A stretch of 64,000 bases of DNA, from assembly GCA_046712825.1 (NCBI GenBank), contig JBKKCR010000084.1:2492-66491 (forward strand). Direction: 5' to 3'. The DNA comes from Actinomycetota bacterium (lineage in GTDB: Bacteria > Actinomycetota > AC-67). The position numbers and the translations under genes were made by a program. Each line of letters starts with the position of its first letter. Within the stretch, counting starts at the first letter, position 1. This document shows positions 36,427 through 44,738 of the stretch, in pieces. The notes below the pieces were generated by a model. It did no database searches, was not told the origin of the DNA, and was given only the letters and a program-made list of their open reading frames with translations.

Positions 36427-36464
36427 CGGGAGATGGGGGCGTCACGTCAACGCGCCATCTCCCG
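36427..36464. terminator. hairpin between convergent SDR and DoxX genes
   Basis: cgggagatgg - 18 nt - ccatctcccg, a 10-bp perfect stem. Confidence 0.4.
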
Positions 36465-36482
36465 ACCGGCAGCCTGTCGTTC

Positions 36483-37019
36483 TTAAGCGGCGCGCTTCTT
36501 CCGCGTCGCCTCCGGCGCCGCCTGTTCTTGCGCAGGTGCCGGCTCGCGGCTCATCGCGACGATCGATCCGCTGATCGTGCCGAGCAGGATGGCGCTCAAG
36601 CCCCACGCACTGCCGGCGAGCTTGAGATCGAACGCCGAATCGATCGAAAAGGCGCCGGAACCGGCGAAAGCCAGGGTCGCGGCCACGGTGGACAGGACGA
36701 TCGGGTACTCCATGCCGCCGTTCGGGTTCCACAGCCCTTTCGGCGCGTGGACGGCGATGATCGCGTTCAGCATCACGCCGATGATCGCTGCAGCGGCGAA
36801 CGGCGTCAGGAAACCGAGCATGAGCAGCGCGCCGGAGCCGAACTCCACGAGACCGGTGAGCGTCGCCATCGCACGGCCGTTCCGGTAGCCGAGCGAGGAC
36901 ATGAACCCACCGGTTCCTTCGATCCCCTGGCCACCGAAAGACCCGAAGAGTTTCTGGGCGCCGTTCCCTACGAAAAGAGCCCCAACGACTGCACGCAAAA
37001 CAAGCAAACCAACATCCAT
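36483..37019 (-). CDS. DoxX family membrane protein
   Basis: DoxX-like helices (LLVLRAVVGALFVGNGAQKLFG). Start at the internal ATG (MDVGLL). Confidence 0.75.
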   Translation of the reverse strand: MDVGLLVLRAVVGALFVGNGAQKLFGSFGGQGIEGTGGFMSSLGYRNGRAMATLTGLVEFGSGALLMLGFLTPFAAAAIIGVMLNAIIAVHAPKGLWNPNGGMEYPIVLSTVAATLAFAGSGAFSIDSAFDLKLAGSAWGLSAILLGTISGSIVAMSREPAPAQEQAAPEATRKKRAA

Positions 37020-37098
37020 GGGTGACACCTCCCGTAAGGCTCTACCCGGGCGCCGGTCGTTCACACGCACTCCGTCGATAGACTTCGCCGAGCAGACC

Positions 37099-37172
37099 GG
37101 GCCCGTAGCTCAATCGGTTAGAGCACCGGACTCATAATCCGTTGGTTCCTGGTTCGAGACCAGGCGGGCCCA
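37099..37172 (+). tRNA. tRNA-Met (anticodon CAU), elongator-type (or possibly Ile2, which needs lysidine modification)
   Basis: Manual cloverleaf: acceptor GGGCCCG/CGGGCCC, D-arm GCTC...GAGC, anticodon loop CTCATAA, T-arm CCTGG-TTCGAGA-CCAGG. The 1-72 pair is intact, so it is not an initiator. No encoded CCA. Confidence 0.85.
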
Positions 37173-37176
37173 CACG

Positions 37177-39795
37177 GTGAGCAAGGACCTTCCAACAGGC
37201 GTCGTGACCTTCATGTTCACGGACATCGAAGGGTCGACCAAGCTCGTTCGCGAGCTCGGCGACCGGTACGGCGACGTGCTTGCCGATCAACGCCGGATCC
37301 TCCGAGAGGTTTGGCTAACCTGGCGGGGCGTCGAGCGAAGCACGGAGGGCGATTCTTTCTTCATCGTGTTCCGTTCGGCTGCGGATGCCGTCGGAGCGGC
37401 CGCGGAGGCGCAGCGAAGGCTGGCTGCGCACGAGTGGCCGCACGGGTGCCGGGTTCGTGTGCGCATAGGCATGCATACCGGCGCGACGCTCGTCGTGGAC
37501 GACGACTACTTCGGCATCGACGTGAATCGCGCCGCGCGGATAGCCGGCACGAGCCACGGAGGGCAGGTCGTGCTCTCCCGTGCGACGCGCGATCTCCTCG
37601 ATCCGCCGCCGGCGGGGATCGCGCTCAAGGACCTCGGCGAGCACCGCTTGAAGGACCTCGAGGAGCCGGAGTGGCTGTACCAGCTCGTCGGAGAAGGTCT
37701 GCCGGACGAATTCCCCGCGCTCCGCAGCCTCGAAGTCCCAACGAATCTCCCGACCCCTGCAACTTCGCTGATCGGTCGCGCGGCCGAGGTCGCCGAGCTG
37801 GAGGCACTGCTCGAACGGGACGAAACGAGGCTCGTCACGTTGACCGGACCCGGCGGCGCCGGCAAGACCCGGCTCGCGATCGAGGCGGCCGCGCGCGTGC
37901 GCGAGCGCTTCGCGAACGGCGTCTTCTTCGTCTCGCTGGCGGCGGTGACCGACCCCGCGGATGTGCTCCCGACGATCGCTCACGTCCTCGGCGTGGAGAT
38001 CGGATCCCGCAGGGTCGAAGAACGCCTGGCCGAAGACCTCCGGGTCCGATCGCTTCTTCTCGTGCTCGACAACTTCGAGCGCGTCGCGCGCGCTGCCCCG
38101 GGGATCGCAGCGCTTATCGCGGCGGCTCCTCGCCTGAAGGTTCTCGCGACGAGTCAGGCGTCCCTCCGGATCGGCGGGGAGCGCGAGTACGCCGTCGGTC
38201 CACTGGCGACCTCCGCCGGCACCGGCGGCCCCGAGGCGATCGACGACTCACCCGCCGCCGCGCTATTCCTCGAGCGAGCGCGAGCGGTAAAGCCTTCCTT
38301 GCGCGTGACGGCGGCGGATGCGGACGCCGTTCTCGAGATCTGCCGCAGGCTCGACGGGCTTCCTCTGGCGATCGAGCTGGCGGCCGCCCGGATGAAAACG
38401 CTTGCGCCGGGTCAGATCCTCCAACGGTTGGAAAGCCGGCTGACGCTTCTCAGGGGCGGTGCGCGAGACCTCCCTGCACGTCAGCAAACGCTGCGCGACA
38501 CGATCGCGTGGAGCGTCGATCTCCTCGAGCCTCCGGCCGCTTCGCTCTTCCGACACTTCGCCGTCTTCTCGGGCGGGGCAACCATCGATGCGCTCGAGGG
38601 CGTGCTCTCAGGTGACGACGAGGATCCGCTCGGTGCGCTCGACGTGCTCGTCGACCACAACCTCATCATCGCGACCGAGGCACAGGAGAAGCGATTCGAG
38701 ATGCTGCAGACGATCCGCGAGTTCGCGCTGGATCTGTTCGAGGGCTCCGGCGATGCGGAGGATCTCCGGGGCGCGCACGCCTCGTACTTCGCGGGCTTCG
38801 CTGAACGGGCCGACGCGGAGCTACGCGGGGCGGCCCAGAGCGAATGGCGGGTTCGTATCGAGGCCGAGCTCGCGAACTTCCGCGCGGCGCTCGCGTGGTG
38901 TTTCGAGGACGCTTCGCCGGGAGACCGGACCGTGCTCGGCGCGAGGCTCGCCGGAGCGCTCGGCTGGTTCTGGTACACGCACGCGGATGCGCTCGAGGGG
39001 TGTCGCTGGCTGGATCTCGCCCGGGAGAAGGTTCCGCACGCCGGCACAGAGCTGCGGGCCCGGGTCTTGGCGAGGCTCGGGGTGCTCCACGATCAGCGCG
39101 GAGACTTCGAGCCCGCCGCGCGGCTGTTCGAATCGGCCCTCGCCGCCTACCGGGAGCTCGGGGATCGGAGCGGGGTTGCGTCATCGCTCAACAGCTTGGG
39201 GTCGGCTGCCCGCAACGCCGGCGACATCCAGCGGGCCCGGACGTTCTTCGCGGAGAGCTTGTCGATAAGGCGCGCGATCGGGGATCCGGGCGGCGAAGCT
39301 TCCTCGACACACAACCTCGCCGTGATCGCGCTCGACGACGGGGATGGAGAGAGCGCGCGCGAGATGTTCGAGCGATGCATCCGGCTGGACGAGGCGGCCG
39401 GAAACGATTGGGGAGTTGCGGTCGACGGGTGCGGCCTCGCCGACGCGCTGCTGCTCGTCGGTGAGATCGAAGCCGCGGAAGCCAAGGCGGTCGAGTCGCT
39501 TCACGCCCTCGCATCCATCGGGGAGCGCGACTGGATGGCGGAGGCGCTGTCGATCATGTCGGGGATCGCGGCTGCGCGCGGCGACTTCGTCCGCGCCGCC
39601 CGGCTCGCCGGTGCGGCTTGGGGAACATGGAGGACGATCGGTTTTCCCCCCGTCGGCAAAGACCTAGAGCGTCATCACAAGCATTCCTCGGCGGCACGGG
39701 CCGGGTTGCCGGCCGCGGAGTTCGAGCGGGCGCACCTCGAGGGAGAGGCGATGACATTCGACCAGGCGATCGAGTACGCGACGCGCGCTCGCTGA
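37177..39795 (+). CDS. class III adenylate/guanylate cyclase domain-STAND NTPase-TPR protein without DNA-binding output
   Basis: N-terminal cyclase motifs (VTFMFTDIEGSTKL, GDSFFIVF, RVRIGMHTG), P-loop GPGGAGKTRLA, and C-terminal TPR-like repeats. It resembles the Mtb Rv0386/Rv1358 class but has no LuxR HTH. Confidence 0.85.
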   Translation: MSKDLPTGVVTFMFTDIEGSTKLVRELGDRYGDVLADQRRILREVWLTWRGVERSTEGDSFFIVFRSAADAVGAAAEAQRRLAAHEWPHGCRVRVRIGMHTGATLVVDDDYFGIDVNRAARIAGTSHGGQVVLSRATRDLLDPPPAGIALKDLGEHRLKDLEEPEWLYQLVGEGLPDEFPALRSLEVPTNLPTPATSLIGRAAEVAELEALLERDETRLVTLTGPGGAGKTRLAIEAAARVRERFANGVFFVSLAAVTDPADVLPTIAHVLGVEIGSRRVEERLAEDLRVRSLLLVLDNFERVARAAPGIAALIAAAPRLKVLATSQASLRIGGEREYAVGPLATSAGTGGPEAIDDSPAAALFLERARAVKPSLRVTAADADAVLEICRRLDGLPLAIELAAARMKTLAPGQILQRLESRLTLLRGGARDLPARQQTLRDTIAWSVDLLEPPAASLFRHFAVFSGGATIDALEGVLSGDDEDPLGALDVLVDHNLIIATEAQEKRFEMLQTIREFALDLFEGSGDAEDLRGAHASYFAGFAERADAELRGAAQSEWRVRIEAELANFRAALAWCFEDASPGDRTVLGARLAGALGWFWYTHADALEGCRWLDLAREKVPHAGTELRARVLARLGVLHDQRGDFEPAARLFESALAAYRELGDRSGVASSLNSLGSAARNAGDIQRARTFFAESLSIRRAIGDPGGEASSTHNLAVIALDDGDGESAREMFERCIRLDEAAGNDWGVAVDGCGLADALLLVGEIEAAEAKAVESLHALASIGERDWMAEALSIMSGIAAARGDFVRAARLAGAAWGTWRTIGFPPVGKDLERHHKHSSAARAGLPAAEFERAHLEGEAMTFDQAIEYATRAR

Positions 39796-39822
39796 AGCGT
39801 TACCGCCCCGGCGAGTCCGTGA

Positions 39823-40419
39823 TTAGGCCGACAGATCGACCGTCCCGTGATCGCCGTAGGTCAGCTCAGTCTCAAATCCCCAATCCTCGTCGACGAAACG
39901 GCCGGAGGACGTTCCAACTTTGAGTCCATCCGTGCCGAAGTCGAACGGTGAGTTCATCACACGTATCGGGCCCTGCTGATCGGCGCCTGTAAGAAGTTCC
40001 AGCTCCGCAGTCGCAAGAGTGCCGACGCTAAATGTGGGCTTCTTTCCGTCCTTGAAGTCGATCGGGACCTGCTTCACGCCCTTCACCGTGCCGTAGAGCG
40101 CCGCTAGGTCTGCGAACGTCCCGCCTGCTTTCCCCGTGAGGATCGTCTCGAGTGCGCTCCGCTGCTCCTCGCTGGCGGCGTCGTCGATGTAGAAGCCGGC
40201 CGTGATGTTGCCGGCGAACGGATTGCCCGACCACGAGAACGCGATGGCAACCTTGCGACCGCCCAGGTCGACGGATCCGTAGTTCCCTGTGGCGATGCTT
40301 ATGCACTCGATCGCGACGCAAGTCCCTTTGGTTGGGTCGCGACCGAAGATGCATGGGCACGGCGAGTCGCAGGGGCACGCCCCGGCCATTTCACCCTTGA
40401 GGACCCACTTCTCAGCCAT
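39823..40419 (-). CDS. DUF1326-like Cys-rich protein
   Basis: N-terminal WVLKGEMAGACPCDSPCPCIF matches the W.LKG...C.C..CPC hallmark of DUF1326, as recalled from the family description. Confidence 0.55.
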   Translation of the reverse strand: MAEKWVLKGEMAGACPCDSPCPCIFGRDPTKGTCVAIECISIATGNYGSVDLGGRKVAIAFSWSGNPFAGNITAGFYIDDAASEEQRSALETILTGKAGGTFADLAALYGTVKGVKQVPIDFKDGKKPTFSVGTLATAELELLTGADQQGPIRVMNSPFDFGTDGLKVGTSSGRFVDEDWGFETELTYGDHGTVDLSA

Positions 40420-40558
40420 GGCTCCCTCCTTGACTCGCCCTCGAGGAGGGACGCTAACGCCCTAAGGCGGAGGCGTCAAAGGTGAGGCGTCGTTTCCGAG
40501 CTTCAAGCAAAGCCCGACTTTGACCGCCTCCTGGCCGCTGTTCTGGGCGAGGTTCCTG

Positions 40559-41395
40559 CTACAGATCCGGGATCGTGCGCGGGAGGAGCTCGAACGTCCA
40601 ACCGCCGTCGACCTCGAGGAGTTTGCCGGTCACCCACGACGACGCGTCGGAGCACAGGTACAGCGCGGCCGCGGCGACGTCCTCGGGCGTGCCGTTCCGC
40701 TGGAGCAGCGTCCGATCGACCATCGTGTCGCGGATGGGGGTGCCTTTCTCCTCCATGTACCCGAGGTACCAGTTCAAAGCCCAGGTCTCGACGGCGCCGG
40801 GCAGGACGGCGTTCACCCGGATCTTCGGCGCGAGGTCGGATGCCATGAGCTTGGTGGCGTGCGCCATCGCGGCCTTCGCGGTGCCGTATGCGAGATACCC
40901 CCTCGACGCGTGGGCCCCGGCCATCGACCCGATGTTGAGGATCGCCCCGCCGCCGCGCCGGAGCATGTACGGCACCACGAGCCGGGAGAGCTCGACCGGC
41001 GCCGAGACGTTGAAGTGGAAGGCCCACTCCAGATGCTCTGCCTTTGTGTCCATGAAGGGGGCCGGAACCGCGCCGCCGGCGTTGTTGACCGCGATGTCGA
41101 TCCCGCCGAGCTCGGCTACCGTCCGGTCCACCGCCGCCGAGAGCGCATCGAAGTCCATGACGTCGGTCGGGACCACGAGCGCCCGCCGGCCGTGCTCCCG
41201 GATCGCGGCCGCGACGCGTTCCAGATCGGCTTCCGTCCGAGCCAGCAGGGCCACGTCCGCCCCCGCCTCCGCGAAGGTCAGGGCGATGGCCGCGCCGATA
41301 CCCTTGCCGGCGCCCGTCACGATCGCCACGCGGTCGGTCATCTGGAAGCGGTCGAGCAGCGCCATATCCGGCTCCTTGGTCGCGGGGTCGGCCAC
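40559..41395 (-). CDS. SDR family oxidoreductase
   Basis: TGAGKGIG, NNAG, S...YGTAK. Confidence 0.85.
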   Translation of the reverse strand: MADPATKEPDMALLDRFQMTDRVAIVTGAGKGIGAAIALTFAEAGADVALLARTEADLERVAAAIREHGRRALVVPTDVMDFDALSAAVDRTVAELGGIDIAVNNAGGAVPAPFMDTKAEHLEWAFHFNVSAPVELSRLVVPYMLRRGGGAILNIGSMAGAHASRGYLAYGTAKAAMAHATKLMASDLAPKIRVNAVLPGAVETWALNWYLGYMEEKGTPIRDTMVDRTLLQRNGTPEDVAAAALYLCSDASSWVTGKLLEVDGGWTFELLPRTIPDL

Positions 41396-41494
41396 TGATA
41401 CACGACCCCGGCGCCATATTGCACCTCATGTGTGGAAAAGAACCCCTTGACGGGGGTGCCCGTAGGAGAGTGAAATCATCCGGCACATCTCGGT

Positions 41495-41992
41495 GTGGGG
41501 ACTGGAGGGGCAGTGGCGATAGAGATCGGGGAGATCACGCTACCCCGTAAACCGTTCACCGATGTGCACGAGCTCGTCTACCTTTTCCACAGCTGGCAGC
41601 TGATCCTCGATGCAGAGAACATCCCCGAGGCTCTCCGGCCGCTCCAGTCCATCCCCGAGCACCTCGCGGCGACGATGACACAGGCGCTCACGGACGCTCA
41701 GGCGCAGCTCGAGTCCGCCCAGGCCGGCACCGATATCGCCCTGCGGTTCCCGGCGACCCCCGAGTTCTCCGAGCTCATGCGGTGGGGATGGGACCAGCTC
41801 AACCAAGTCGAAGCGTCGCTTGAAGAAGAGGCCTTGCACGAGACTTGGGTGCGTGCGATGCAGCTCGCCAAGGATTTCGTCGGCGCCGCGCTCGAGCAGT
41901 TGAGCTTCGAGCAGATAGGGTCGCCCAGTCGGACTGAGTCAGGGCAGAAGCACGATCTTTCCGAGGGCCTTCCGCTCCAGCAGGTCGTTTAG
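41495..41992 (+). CDS. hypothetical protein (165 aa)
   Basis: Low-Arg, protein-like composition. The 3' end overlaps the convergent quinone oxidoreductase gene by 54 bp. Confidence 0.45.
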   Translation: MGTGGAVAIEIGEITLPRKPFTDVHELVYLFHSWQLILDAENIPEALRPLQSIPEHLAATMTQALTDAQAQLESAQAGTDIALRFPATPEFSELMRWGWDQLNQVEASLEEEALHETWVRAMQLAKDFVGAALEQLSFEQIGSPSRTESGQKHDLSEGLPLQQVV

Positions 41993-42910
41993 CGCGTCCG
42001 CCGCCCGCTCCAGCGGATAGCCGGCCGAGATGTGCGGGTCGATCTTTCCCTGGGCGTGCCATCCGAACAGCTCGGCGAGGAGCTCGCGGTTGCGGCCGGG
42101 GTCGCGGGTGACGAACGCTCCCCAGAACACCCCGATGACCGAGCACGACTTGAGCAGGATCAGGTTGAGCGGCACGCTCGGGATCCCCGCAACGAAACCG
42201 ATCACGAGATAGCGGCCGTTCCACGCCATGCCTCGTACGGCCGCCTCGGCGTGATCTCCGCCGACCGGGTCGAACACCACATCGACCCCGGAGCCTCCGG
42301 TGAGATCCTTGATCCGGGTACGAAGGTCCTCGGTCGCGTAGTTGATCGTTTCGGCGGCGCCTCGTTCCCGGCACAGTTCGAGCTTCTCCTCCGAGGACGC
42401 GACGGCGATGACGCGGGCGCCGATCACCGAGCCGACCTCGACGGCCGCCAGACCGGTACCCCCGGCGGCGCCGAGCACGAGCAGCGTCTGACCGGCTTCG
42501 AGCGGGGCGCGATCCCGGAGCGCGTACTGCGCGGTCCCGTAGGTGAACAGGAGTGCAGACCCGGCGGGGAAGTCCATGCCGTCGGGCAGCGGGACGAGCC
42601 GTTCCGCGTCGGTCACCACTTCCTCGGCGAAGCCGCCGTAACCGGTGACGGCGATCACGCGGTCGCCGGGCCGTACGGAGGTCACACCCTCACCGACGCG
42701 CGCGACGACGCCGGCGACCTCGCCACCAGGTGAGAAAGGCATCGGCGGTTTGAACTGATAGCGGCCTTCGATCATCAGCGTGTCCGGGAAGTTGACCCCG
42801 CATGACTTCACGCTGATGACGACTTGTCCCGATCCGGGCTGCGGGGACGGAACGTTATCGAGGACGAGCGAGGACGGAGGACCGAACGCTCTGCAAAGTA
42901 CCGCGCGCAT
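41939..42910 (-). CDS. NADPH:quinone oxidoreductase / zinc-type ADH-like MDR family protein
   Basis: QOR-type sequence (GVNFPDTLMIEGRYQ, GAAGGTGLAAVE, ...GKIVLLP terminus). Confidence 0.85.
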   Translation of the reverse strand: MRAVLCRAFGPPSSLVLDNVPSPQPGSGQVVISVKSCGVNFPDTLMIEGRYQFKPPMPFSPGGEVAGVVARVGEGVTSVRPGDRVIAVTGYGGFAEEVVTDAERLVPLPDGMDFPAGSALLFTYGTAQYALRDRAPLEAGQTLLVLGAAGGTGLAAVEVGSVIGARVIAVASSEEKLELCRERGAAETINYATEDLRTRIKDLTGGSGVDVVFDPVGGDHAEAAVRGMAWNGRYLVIGFVAGIPSVPLNLILLKSCSVIGVFWGAFVTRDPGRNRELLAELFGWHAQGKIDPHISAGYPLERAADALNDLLERKALGKIVLLP

Positions 42911-42915
42911 GTGAG

Positions 42916-44709
42916 TTACCGCAGTGGGAAGAAGATCGGGACGAGCACGAGCACGGCAACGGCCGTCGCGATCGTCAGCGGCGCGCCGAGGCGCGAGAAA
43001 TCACGATACCGGTAGCCGCCCATCCCCCATACGAGCGTGTTCGCCTGGTAGCCGATCGGGGTGAGGAAGGACAGCGTCGCTCCGAAGAGGATCACGATCG
43101 CAAAGGGGCGGAACTGGAGCCCGGCGGTCTGCGCGGTGGCCATCGCGATCGGGAACATCAACACCGCCGCTGCGTTGTTCGAAAGAAGTTCGGTCATCAT
43201 CATCGTTGCGATCAAGACGCCGCCGAGGATCCCCACGTCCCCGAGCGGCTGGAAGCCCTTCACGATCAGATCGGCGATATCCCGTGCCAGCCCGCTTTCC
43301 GCCATCGCTATGCCCAGCCCGAAAGACGTTGCCATCAGGAGGATGACGTCGAGATCGACCGATCGTTTCGCCTCCGCGGGTGTGATGACCCCGAAGATCA
43401 CCAGCGCCATCGCGATAACCAAGGAAGTCTGCAGAAGGTTCAGCAGCCCTGCGCCGGCGACGCCGATCATGGCGACCGTCAGGAGCTGGACGATCCACGC
43501 CTTCTCCTTGCGCTGGGGCACCCTGCCGAACAGTGGAGTTACGACCAGGAAGTCCGGATGGTCGGTCCACCGGTACCAGAAGCCCGGATCCGCCACGATG
43601 ACCAGCACGTCTCCGGTGCGCAGCCGCACATCACCGAGCTTGCCGGGGATACGCTGACCAGACCGATGGATCGCGAGAACGGCTCCGCCGTAGTGACTCC
43701 GGAAATCGGCCTCCTTGAGCGTCCCGCCGACGAGCGGGGAGCTCTCGCCGACGACTGCCTCGAAGAACCGGCGCTCGAGACTCTTCCCGACCGTTGTGAA
43801 ATGACGTTCTTCCGCCGACGCCAGGCCTGGCGTCCTCTGTAGGTCGAGCACCCGGGCCACGTTCCCGGCGAACGTGAGCCGGTCGCCTTCCACGAGTATC
43901 TCCTCCGGCGACACCGGGGCGATCGTACGCCGGTCTCGCTCGATCTCGATAAGGAACACGCCCTGAAGGTTGCGGAGCCCGGCTTCGGCGACGGACTTGC
44001 CGGCGAGAGGACTCTGCGCCGCGACGACCATCTCGACGGTGAACTCACGCATGGTCCTCAGTGACTCGTTCGGCGCGCTGCGGACCGGAAGGAGCCGAGG
44101 AGCCAGGAGCACGATCAGCGTCACCCCGATGATCGCGATCGGGACGCCGGCCGGCGAGATCTCGAAAACATCGAGCGGCTTGAGCCCTGCGTCGCGCAGC
44201 AAGCCCGACACCACAAGATTCGTCGACGTACCGACGAGCGTCATGCAGCCGCCGAAGATCACCGCATATGAAAGCGGCATCAGGTACCGCGATGCCGAGC
44301 GACCGCTGCGCTCGCACCACGCAAGCACGCGAGGCGCCAGCATGGCAACGAGCGGCGTGTTCGCGATGAACGCGGAGACGGCCATCGACGGATAAGCGAT
44401 GCGCGAGAGTTGTCGGCGATGGGCGAGACGCGTGTCGTCGGAGGCGGCCTTAGAGCCGAGCGCCCGTGATGTGAGCCCGTCGAGCGCGCCGGTGACCTCG
44501 GCCGCGCCGGCGAGGATGTAGAGGGCGGCGACGGTCACCGGCGCTTCGTTGGCGAAGCCGGCAAGCGCCCCCTTCTCGTCGATCACGCCGGCCACCAGAA
44601 GGGTTGTGACGGCACCCCCCATCACCAGCGGCGGGGGGAAGCGATCCAGGGCCAGCAGGACGATCGTCGTCAGGGTCACCACGAGAGTCACCCAGGCATC
44701 GGCGCTCAT
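42916..44709 (-). CDS. SLC13/DASS-family anion permease with two cytoplasmic TrkA-C domains
   Basis: N- and C-terminal transporter repeats. Two central TrkA_C-like domains (GKSVAEAGLR...VFLIEIERD and GGTLKEADFRSHYGGAVLAIHR). Confidence 0.85.
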   Translation of the reverse strand: MSADAWVTLVVTLTTIVLLALDRFPPPLVMGGAVTTLLVAGVIDEKGALAGFANEAPVTVAALYILAGAAEVTGALDGLTSRALGSKAASDDTRLAHRRQLSRIAYPSMAVSAFIANTPLVAMLAPRVLAWCERSGRSASRYLMPLSYAVIFGGCMTLVGTSTNLVVSGLLRDAGLKPLDVFEISPAGVPIAIIGVTLIVLLAPRLLPVRSAPNESLRTMREFTVEMVVAAQSPLAGKSVAEAGLRNLQGVFLIEIERDRRTIAPVSPEEILVEGDRLTFAGNVARVLDLQRTPGLASAEERHFTTVGKSLERRFFEAVVGESSPLVGGTLKEADFRSHYGGAVLAIHRSGQRIPGKLGDVRLRTGDVLVIVADPGFWYRWTDHPDFLVVTPLFGRVPQRKEKAWIVQLLTVAMIGVAGAGLLNLLQTSLVIAMALVIFGVITPAEAKRSVDLDVILLMATSFGLGIAMAESGLARDIADLIVKGFQPLGDVGILGGVLIATMMMTELLSNNAAAVLMFPIAMATAQTAGLQFRPFAIVILFGATLSFLTPIGYQANTLVWGMGGYRYRDFSRLGAPLTIATAVAVLVLVPIFFPLR

Positions 44710-44738
44710 GGGCGGGAAGCGTACCCGTACGGGAGGCT

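Noticed and set aside
37099-37176. tRNA-Met as attachment site of an integrated mobile element
   Set aside because: No integrase, recombinase, direct repeat of the tRNA 3' end or compositional shift is visible downstream. The next gene is a chromosomal-type signalling protein.
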